Shown: positions 11,352 to 20,000 of the stretch, in pieces
Numbering within the stretch: position 1 is the first letter of the stretch
How the letters are laid out: each line of letters starts with the position of its first letter
Assembly (NCBI GenBank): GCA_018398765.1
Contig: JAHBMJ010000190.1
Location: 117,503-137,502, forward strand
Length of the DNA stretch: 20,000 nt
Reading direction: 5' to 3'
Origin: Chromera velia
Lineage: Eukaryota
Program-made: the position numbers and the translations under genes
The notes under the pieces: generated by a model
What the model saw: only the letters and a program-made list of their open reading frames with translations
Databases searched by the model: none
Told to the model about the DNA's origin: nothing

Positions 11352-12999
11352 CTATTTCATAAAGGTTGACTTCATTTTGTGTAATGAAGTCGTGATGACA
11401 CAGTCCACCGAAAACACTGTGGAAGGGATGTCCACCTCCTGTTCGACCTCTAACCTGAAAAAAAACAGTGTCAACAGTAAAGCTGGGCAGTTTATAACTT
11501 TCTTTAACTGGCATTCAGACAGGTGAAGAGGGTGGACGGATTTTGCTTTCATTTTTTTCTTTCCTTCTTTCTTTCCTTCCTTCTTTCCTTCTTTCTTTCG
11601 TTCTTTCTTTCTTTCTTTCTTTCTTTCTTTTCAGTCCATCAGAAACTTTCTCACCACTTTTGCTGCCTTCTGGCTAAGGAGGTGGATTATTGCTCGGGAA
11701 TATTGTCGTCACAGACCAAATGCGTTAGAAAGGAGAGGCGCAACTCTAAAAGAAACGCATGGAATGAAAAGGAAAGGCACAAGCAAAAAAGGAATGAGAG
11801 CACACGATCGAAGAAAAGGAAGAAAAGGAACCAACTAACCATGCAGGCAGGCGGGGAGGCAGGGAGGGAGTGAGGGAATCTCATGTCCATCTCCGTAAAT
11901 GATTGCGCATTCGATCAAAGAAGAACAGAGTCGACCCTTTTACCCCCCACCCCCCCATGGCAGCAAGCGAAGAAAGTTGACCGACCAAAGTCCCGGATTG
12001 GCCCTCTCGACGTCATCTGCCAGGGATCGGACGCCCTTTGCCACCGCTTTCTGGAACGCAGAGGTTGTCACGTCTTTGCGGAATTTATTACCGAATCTCT
12101 GCATGATCATGTACGGCCGGGGGGAATGAATAAAGTCGGAAAAACAAAATTTCTTTCTGATGACTTCAGGACCGCAAAACGGGGAGACAGAGCCAATCGG
12201 TGGAAAGCGGGAATCACCCTTTTCCAGCCTCTAGAGAGTGATGGAGCGCAAAGAGGATAGTTTACGTCAAGAGCATTCAGCCAAGTGTGAGGTGTAGAGG
12301 AGAAGGTCGTGGGGAAATTTGAGAAGAAAACACAATTGACCTACGGAGACCTCAATCACTCACTCACTCACTCACTCACTGACTGACGTGGAGGTCCCGT
12401 CTGCACCAGTCATGGAGGTCCACGTGAGATCGCAACTCTTCCAGCGTCAGGGCAGAGGTCACGCCCGACAACACAGGACGAAGAAGGGGATAAGGGAGTG
12501 CGGAGAGAGTTGAAGAAGACTTGGGGAGAGGAGAGAATGGCGTAGAAGAGGAGGACGAAGGAGACCTCACAGAGGGAGGACTAAGCGTCTGGGAATGGAC
12601 GCGACTCTGCAGAGCTTGTCCCCCCTGCTCTCTCTCTTTCCCTTCCCGTTGAAGTTTGAGGCGAAGAAATTCTAACTGAAGTTCGGGTTCTGGATCTGGC
12701 ATCAAAAGGTGGAAGCTTTGGAGACTTATCAACGTCTGTGCCTGCATCGTAACGGAGAAGAAAAACAAAGTGGAAGGGACGGAAACCAATGAAGTTCAAA
12801 ATTGCAAAGAAAATCTGGCAGGAATTAGAACAGCATCCACTCGAGGAGTTGTGACTTTGAGCCAAGCATCCTGAAAGAAGGAAAGAAAAGAAAGACACAA
12901 AACAAGAAAGGAAGAGAGAGAGAGGGAGAGAGAGAGAAAGAAAAATTAGAAAGAAAGAGAGAAAGAGAGAGAGAAAGAACAAAAGAAAAAGAGAAAGGA

Positions 13000-13036
<37 letters not shown>

Positions 13037-16000
13037 AAGAGAGAGAGAGCGAAAGAGAGAGAGAGGAGAACGCTTCGGTGGACGAGGAAAAGACAAGCAA
13101 GTAAAGGGACGTGGAGATAGAAGGGAAGAGAGAGACGCTTCACTAACCCGGTTGGCTGTCTTACACGCTTTTTGGTTTTGAAGTAGCAAGAGCCCCCGCA
13201 CAGCCGATGTGTGCAGATTCCGCAGTCGTTGCCGGGTCTCCAGAGAGAGTGCAGGCAGGCGCGTGTGGAGGTGGGCGGTCTGAAGGAGCACCTGGACCTG
13301 CACGCGTTATCTCATTTTGGAGAATACGGTTATCTCACTATCTCATCATGTTATCTCAAATGGAGATGGGCGGTCTGAAGGAGCACCTGGACCTGCACGT
13401 GTGTATGGTCTGTTTGTTTCTCTCATTTTGGTCTTCCTGTTCTCCCAACCACAGGAATGGCAAAAAGACGGGTCTTTTTACTGCATGGAGGACGACAGTC
13501 TTTGCGTTGCTGAGTTGGATTCACCCAATTCACTTTCTTTCTGGTCAGATCGGGACACCTGCAGAAGAGAGATAGAATCCATTTCCTTCCAGAAGCAAAT
13601 GCTCGCTTGAGTCTCTTTTGGAAGAAAGAAAGAAAGAAAGAAGGGCGCGAGGGAGGAGGAAATTGAAAAGGAAAAGAACACCCCTGAATGGACAAACAAT
13701 TAGATTCACTCCCTAGCTCCGGCCTCGATCCTCATGATTTCTTTCAACTCAGGAGACACTCATTGTCTGTCGTCCGTCTGAATTGACTTCTTCAGCTGTG
13801 CGGATGTCGATGTGATGGTCACTCCTTCGTAGACTGACGAGCGCTCTCGAGGTTTCCGTGGACAAATATTTTCGTTCCGATGCCAGGTCCGTCCTGTCCG
13901 AGGGGGTCGCTTCGAAGTCACTGAGAATCTTTTGGTGCTCCTGAACTTGATCCTCTTTCTGCCTTTGCAGGCTGCCACCTTTTCTCCGCGCCTGCTCGCC
14001 TTTCGTCTCCACGCTGAAGTGGCTCTCACCATCAACTGCCTCCGCACTTTCACTCAGAGTTTCGGCCGAGGCCTCGAATACCACGCGCTCGAGTGCCGCA
14101 CCCAAATCAAGCAGACGCTGAACCACAACACACACACACACACACACACACATCAAGGCAGTAAAGAAACAGAGCCAAACTCCTCGGCTTATGGAGCACC
14201 CTAGTCTCCCGCTGGTATGCCTCCGTAAGTGTGTCCACACGTCCAAAGTTTGCATCCAGCCGCACCGTACGCAGAAGACTCACACACGCCCGGAAAAAGT
14301 CTTATGGTCAGCATTACAGGCAAATCCAGGCGCCGAGACGAACAACAAGGCACTCATCCCCAACCGCCCACCCACCCACCTGGGGAGAGAGGATCTCAAC
14401 ACGTCCGAGGGCCATCAAGACAGTGTTCACTTCCGCTAGTGAGGCCCTGCAGGAAGTCAACGGACAGAAGAAGAAAAAAAGAATCAGAGTCACGGATTTG
14501 AAGATAGACAGGAAGACAGGCAAATGCATGTCCACGTAGGCAGGCAGGCAGACAGAGCAACAGCGATCATCTCATCTATCCATCCCACCCACCCACTTGT
14601 CGAGAGGCTCCAGCCAGCCAAGACAGACGTCAACAAGACCGGCGTCCAGAGCGCGCACGTGTCCGAAGGCACCCAGCAGAAGCGTCGCATTCTGCAAAAA
14701 AGAGACAGTTCGATCAATGGATAATGGGCAAGAAATCGAACTTCAATCACGAGTCCAAAGAGAGTTCGTGCACGTATCCGTAGGCACCAACCAACCGAGG
14801 AAAAAAATTCGATCGAGGAATGCCAGAGAGAGAGAGACAAATCGATCGCAGCATGTGAAGACAGAGAGAGAACTCAAATTCTGGTGGCTCCTTCTTTCAG
14901 ACAGAGAGATCCACGCGGACATCGCGACAGAGAGAAGAGGACGGGAGACAGAAAAAGAGAGGGCATGGGAGGGGAGGAGAAAGCGAGAGGCAGTCAAAAA
15001 AGGATCGCACCATCCTCTCCCGAAAGACTGAATGAAGCGGGAGACGAGGACACCGGACAAAATCTAGATCGAAATAAAACCGCATCAGCATCGACGCAAA
15101 GAGAAAAAGAATGCATTACCCACGTCCCGAAGTGTTCTGTGTCGAGAGTTTCCGGAAAACGAGAGGTCCCCTTCCTCGTCTCCTTGCACCTCTCCCCTGA
15201 GATCCCTCAGGTCCTCGCAGACCTTCACACGGATAGCGCTGAAGACGGGAAACGCGACCGTCTCCACCCCGACAGATCCCGTGCCCTGCATGGAGTGAAA
15301 CTTAGTTTTGCTTACAAAAATGTGCACCGGAATCTGTACAAGAAACTTACGAACCCTACTCCAGCACCCCTCCTTACTCTGTATATATGTATATATACAT
15401 ATACATACATACACACACACGTCTGTTCGTCCCATGGGTACGCACTCCGCAGGCGAGGGCGAGAAAGATCTTCCATTGACTCCTGCAGGACTGAGACAGC
15501 TGACGATTTGGGCACGTGGTGAGTCCGTTTCTTCCTTGTGACGCCCCCCCCCTCTGGAAAAAGAAGGATCAGAAGAGACCTCAACATCCGTCAATCTGTT
15601 TCGGAGCCGGAGTACAGCTGTGATGGATCCACGCAGGCTTTCCAGTGAGTGGGACTCGCGAGAAAAAAGCCATACAGCAAGGAGACATGTCGGCTTGTGT
15701 GTGTACGTGTGTGTGTACGTACAGACGGAGAGGAGATGCAACAACAGTGCAGTCATTAACCGACTTGTGTGTGTACGTACAGACGGAGAGGAGATGCAAC
15801 AACAGTGCAGTCATTAACCGACCGTGAAAGCGCAGGCGAGTGAGCAGAGACTGGACAGGTTGTACGCGCCGTCCCTGCAAAGACAAAGTAAGAGAATAAA
15901 AAAGCAAGAGGGCAAAGCCCGAGCACGTAAGATCGATATCGGGTGGGCAGACTGACTGATGGAAGAAATAATTAATGGATGGATCGATGCACAAATCGAT

Positions 16001-19000
16001 GGAAGGAAGGAAGGAAGGAACCTGTACAGGGATCATGAAGAAGAAAATTGCATACATACAGTCTAAGAGTATTTTTTTGGATCGACTGACATACGAAGAA
16101 GGATGCTCTATTGAATGCAAGTTTACGGGAAATTCAGTGTGATTGATCGGAAAGTAGATGAATAAATGCAGGGACACAAAAGAAAAGGGAAATTCAGTGT
16201 GATTGATCGGAAAGTAGATCAATAAATGCATGCAGGGACGCAAAAGAAAAGGGAAATTCAGTGTGATTGATCGGAAAGTAGATCAATAAATGCATGCAGG
16301 GACGCAAAAGAAAAGGGAAATTCAGTGTGATTGATCGGAAAGTAGATCAATAAATGCATGCAGGGACACAAAAGAAAATGAAGGCAGCTAGGAGGGTGGA
16401 TGGACGCTCTTTTCTTTCCTGCCACACGATCCTCTCTCCACCTCTCTTCCCTGTGCTTCTGGTTCGTTCTTCGAATCAGAATTCGTTGATCATCAATCAA
16501 AAAAGAACAAATCTGACGGGCGGGAGGGCATCTCTGCATCTTCATTCGAATGTACCTGATGAATCGAATCAGGAAGGGCGCGTAGATATCCGTCTTCTTC
16601 GGCGTCAGCCTTTTGAGCTTGGCAAGAGCCACCACCACCTGGCGAATTCCGTCCAGAGGAACAAACAGAACAGAAATCACAACTGAGGAAGGGACAGAGC
16701 TAAAGACAAGAGTACAACTCTTTGTCACACAAAATTGATCCACGGCAGCTAGGAAAAGTCCCTTTTTGATTCCTTCCGTAAGCTGCAGCCAATATGAACG
16801 CTAGTTTCCTTTCCTTTGTGAAAAAAGAAGGCGCAAACGTGAAAGGACGCAGTTTCCGATGGGGAAGAATGCTTCAAAAGGAAGAGAGACTTAAAGCAAA
16901 TGAGCAATCAATGAAGAGAAACAAATCCTCCCAAAGGCACCACAGACAGACCACATGACTTCCTGTCGTCCTTTTTGCAGACAGACAGGAACAAGGAGCT
17001 TCCGACCGACCGATCGGTCGACTGCCTGACTGCCTGACTGAATGACTGACTGACTGCCTGACTGACAGCCTGCCTGCCTGCCTGCCTGCCTGCCTAACTG
17101 ACTGCCTGACTGACTGACTGCCTCCCTGCCTGCCTGCCTGCCTGCCTGCCTGACTGACTGACTGCCTGCCTGCCTGACTGACTCGCTGGAGATCCCACGC
17201 AGTGATGCATCTTGCTGCCGCGCCTGCATCCACAGGTTCGACGTCTACAAACGCTCCCGTTCCTGTTCCTCCCTCTCCAGTCGGTCTCTCCGTCTCCCTC
17301 CACTCCCGCTCCTCGCCTCGCAGTCGTTCTGCTTCCTCATGCCCCTCCTCCTCATCAATCGCTGACTCTGGTCGCTCTCCTTCTGCACTCGAAGAAGGGA
17401 GCTGACAGACACAAAGAGAGAAGCTCTCAAAAAATCAAGCTGACCAAGAGCAGCAAGAGGTGTCACAGAAATGAAGAGACGGACATACGCAGAAGGAATG
17501 AGAATCGTGTCCTTCCATCCGGAACTCCGAGAGAGATGACAGGACGCGCTCAGATCTGCTCAGAGTGCTACAGAAATCCTCTGATACTAATATCAAAACC
17601 AAACAGCACAATAGCACAACAGAAATACTGACATTCATACATGCTCACCCACCTCCGTGTCCGCAAGCCGCAAAGAAGCAGCGGTCGAGGCCGTCCGGTC
17701 TCGCCATGCGCGCACCCGGAAGAGTGTCTGGTCAACCTTCCAAGCGATGCGGTGGGCCAGGACCTCAGGCCCTCCCCTCTTCAAGGCCCCTCCGGAAAAC
17801 TCAGCAGAGGAAGAATTTGAAGAGGAAGCCGCGCTTTGCCTTTGCAGCTCTGTACTTTTTGTGGCCGGCGTTCCATGCATCTTCGAGAGAATCTCCAGAG
17901 CGGAGGCGGCAGTGTGGGTGCCCATCAGGCCCACGTGACCGGCGAGGCGCCTGATGAGAGCGTCGACGGTCGGGTCCTTGGCGTCGAACTGCGGGAGGCC
18001 TCGAGAGGGGGGGGGGGAGATTTGACAGCAGAAGGAACAAAGGTTCAAGAGACAATACGTACCAGGGGCGCAGCCGATTCTACTCAGCAAATAAGCAATC
18101 CTAAACGAGTGGCGAGGCGCACTTGCAAAGAAGCAGCAAGGCAATACCGTGAACGAACGCAAAAGAAAATTTGACGTCAATCTGATGCGGACCGAGGGAG
18201 ACGCAACAAGTCGAACGGAGGGTTTTCAAAAGGGTCCGACAAGAAATTTGGCATCCGCAGAGAGAGAGCAAAAGAATGGCTGGCGCGGTTGCGGAATAAA
18301 TAAGAGGACGCTAAAACCTCATGAGAGCCCTCTTTTTGCAGGTCGCCTCATTTTTCCCCCTTCCTTTTCACTTCAAATCGGACCGACCGACCTGCATTCT
18401 TGTGAGGGACTGAAAGACTTGCATTTCCTGTTCGATCGACAGATCTCTGCTTCCCACCGCCTCCCCAACTGCTTCCAAAAAAGCAGTCCGCGTCTCAAAA
18501 GAAGGTCTCCAAGCCCACCCGGACCCGTCAGGCAAATTCTGGACACCCAGACCCCTAAATCCACTGGAAAACGGACGCGCGTAAAACATTCCAAACGCAA
18601 TCGCAACCTTCACCACATCAAAGCCTATCTTCTCATTTTCCTTTGCGTCTGTCGCCTCCCCGTCTTTTCGCCCCACTGCCGCCCCCCAACCGGCGAGGCA
18701 ACTGAGGAGGGAAACAGAACCCTCCCCTGCCTCCTGTTTGCGGCGGCGCGCCTCCTCCAGCGCCTTCCCGGTGACATTCAGCAGCCGAAGTGCGGCCTTT
18801 TCAGCTGACGCCCTCACGTCATCACACAGCGCTCCCCCCTGGTCGGACTGTTGCTGCACACCACAATGGAGTGGCATGTCTCTACCGAGCTGGAGTGTGA
18901 CTCTGCCGAGCCGATAGAGACTGAAGAGAAGCGCTGCCAGACTGTAAAAGGGAAGGGGGGGCGGGGAGGAAGAGAACGAAGAGAAAGGAAGTCTACAAGT

Positions 19001-19865
19001 TTGGTGTTGTTCCGGTGTGCTGTCTGTTACCCCATCCCGTTCTCTACCTCCTTCTTTTTTTTGGCTTTGAATTTCAACAAAAGATCTTTCACCCCCACTG
19101 TCCATTTCAACGACAGACGGGGGGCCCGAAGGCGCTTCGCAGGGTTGACGGGAGGGGAATGACGGGGCGGGCGGAGAGGGGGTTGGGAGCAGGGGCGTGG
19201 CAGGGGGCGGGCCTCTGCCCCCTGGGCCACGGGGACCTTTTCTTGAGAGAGAGGATAGAGAAGGTGAAGAGGGGGCTTTCGTCAGTGTGGGGTTCAGGAG
19301 ACCACATTTGTCGTCATTTAGAAGCCTCAGCCAAGTTTTCATGAGACGGAGATCGACATCTGTCGGGAATAAGCGAGGAGAAAGAGAAAGGAAAGGAGAA
19401 TGGCACGAGCCTGACGGTGAGGCAGGGGGGTGATCAAAAGAAGAAGGCGAGGGAAGATGCCTCCTCTGAAGTCCCCCGCCCTTTTCTCTTGCTGCCATAT
19501 CAAAAGACGACGATGCTCTTTCTGCAAGGGCAAAGCCGATCGAAGAGGCAGAAAACACAAGTGCGCGAAGAGCTTCCACACAGTCCTCCTTCTGTCCTCT
19601 CCAGACAGGGAGTGTCGCTCCTGGGAGGCTGACAGACGGAGAGGACGAGGACACATTCAATTCACTGCTGAGGGGACTCAAAGGGAACGCGACTTTCTTC
19701 AACCCCTCCCGAGACTCAACAACGAGCTCGTTCCGATCTAAAGTCTTCACAAAAGCGGATGCAAGAGAATCCGACCAACAACAAAACTTTTTCTGGCTCC
19801 CTTCTCCTCTCTCTGCCAAGGGAAGCCCCTCAAATTCTTTCAATCTTACTTTCTGTTGCGAAAGC
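11352..19865 (-). CDS. Gene C: multi-exon helical-repeat (HPR/OPR-like) protein with a truncated RAP-like C-terminus, putative organellar RNA-binding protein; 5' end beyond the window
   Basis: Phase-consistent GT-AG chain: 19865-18392, 17988-17653, 17401-17183, 16638-16556, 15874-15823, 15285-15124, 14691-14597, 14446-14380, 14117-13839, 13297-13202, (12870-12841 possible micro-exon), 12741-12388, 12098-11986, 11454-11352. Spliced repeat-like units: WDLQRVVVALAKLKR, LSSLCSLACAFTGTG, DNATLLLGAFGHVRALDAGLVDVCL, SLAEVNTVLMALGRVEILSPQ. The end TTSAFQKAVAKGVRSL...WLEVEQEVDIPSTVFSVDCVI resembles the start of a RAP domain. Confidence 0.75.
11552..11632. repeat. (CTTT)n microsatellite, intronic
   Basis: Direct reading of the sequence. 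Confidence 0.95.
12873..13069. repeat. (GA)n/(GAAA)n purine tract, intronic
   Basis: Direct reading of the sequence. Confidence 0.93.
13266..13399. repeat. Direct repeat (about 39 bp, 95 bp apart) spanning a gene C splice acceptor
   Basis: tggag(g/a)tgggcggtctgaaggagcacctggacctgcacg at 13266-13304 and 13361-13399. Confidence 0.95.
15708..15822. repeat. 58-bp tandem duplication at the 5' end of a gene C intron
   Basis: tgtgtgtgtacgtacagacggagaggagatgcaacaacagtgcagtcattaaccgac occurs twice, ending at 15764 and 15822. Confidence 0.95.
16127..16378. repeat. Intronic minisatellite, 4 copies of a 60-64 bp unit
   Basis: Unit gggaaattcagtgtgattgatcggaaagtagatcaataaatgcatgcagggacgcaaaagaaaa starts at 16127, 16187, 16251 and 16315; copies are near-identical. 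Confidence 0.97.
17020..17182. repeat. (CCTG/ACTG)n tetranucleotide array starting at a splice donor
   Basis: The minus strand reads gtcagtcaggcaggcagtca... starting exactly at the GT donor at 17182. Confidence 0.95.
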
Positions 19866-19877
19866 CTGCAGTGAAAG

Positions 19878-19878
<1 letters not shown>

Positions 19879-19918
<40 letters not shown>

Positions 19919-20000
19919 ACACGTGCACGCACGCACACAAACACACGTGCACACAAACACACACACACACACACACACGCACACACACACACACACACAC
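19879..20000. repeat. (CA)n microsatellite, intronic
   Basis: Direct reading; immediately upstream of the acceptor at 19866-19867. Confidence 0.97.

Noticed and set aside
10480..11354. Genome-wide TAA/TAG-to-Gln recoding as the cause of the in-frame stops
   Set aside because: uraD ends at TAA right after a sensible C-terminus, and several kb of other exons contain no in-frame TAA or TAG.
13749..13838. Gene C ending at the TGA of ORF 13749..14255
   Set aside because: A GTCAGT donor at 13838 joins in phase to 13297 (TSRAL-VQVLLQTAHL), and further exons follow.
15420..15655. Extra gene C exons (SHSLESLRGS... or ESMEDLSRP...)
   Set aside because: They need a GAG acceptor or break phase. Direct splicing 15823 to 15285 gives a better repeat unit. 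Not fully excluded without cDNA.
16127..16378. CRISPR-like array (repeats with an internal hairpin)
   Set aside because: There are no unique spacers, the whole unit repeats, the context is a eukaryotic intron and no cas genes are present.
19150..19215. G-quadruplex-like G runs
   Set aside because: Explained by the Pro-rich coding sequence on the minus strand, with no independent support.

Overview
Eukaryotic, intron-rich and microsatellite-rich genomic DNA. The gene style (GT-AG introns, long Ser/Glu/Gly-rich protein inserts, helical-repeat/RAP-type protein) suggests an alveolate such as a chromerid, but the taxon is inference only. Manual splicing supports three genes. Gene A is a large minus-strand multi-exon gene (about 8630 to <1) with TPR-like helices and long low-complexity inserts. 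Gene B is a plus-strand OHCU decarboxylase (uraD/URAD, 9123-10244) ending in the PTS1-like tripeptide ARM. Gene C is a minus-strand multi-exon gene (>19865 to 11352) encoding an HPR/OPR-like helical-repeat protein whose RAP-like domain stops early. Between B and C is the most unusual part: about 1.1 kb of AT-shifted, CTAG/TpA-enriched decayed coding sequence. It is in frame with gene C's last exon and broken almost only by TAG/TAA stops, as expected from RIP-like C-to-T hypermutation. Also present are three short duplications of splice junctions, 5' splice sites that seed GTNN microsatellites, a hairpin-bearing 60-64 bp minisatellite and a 30-N gap. Most entries in the ORF track are artefacts.
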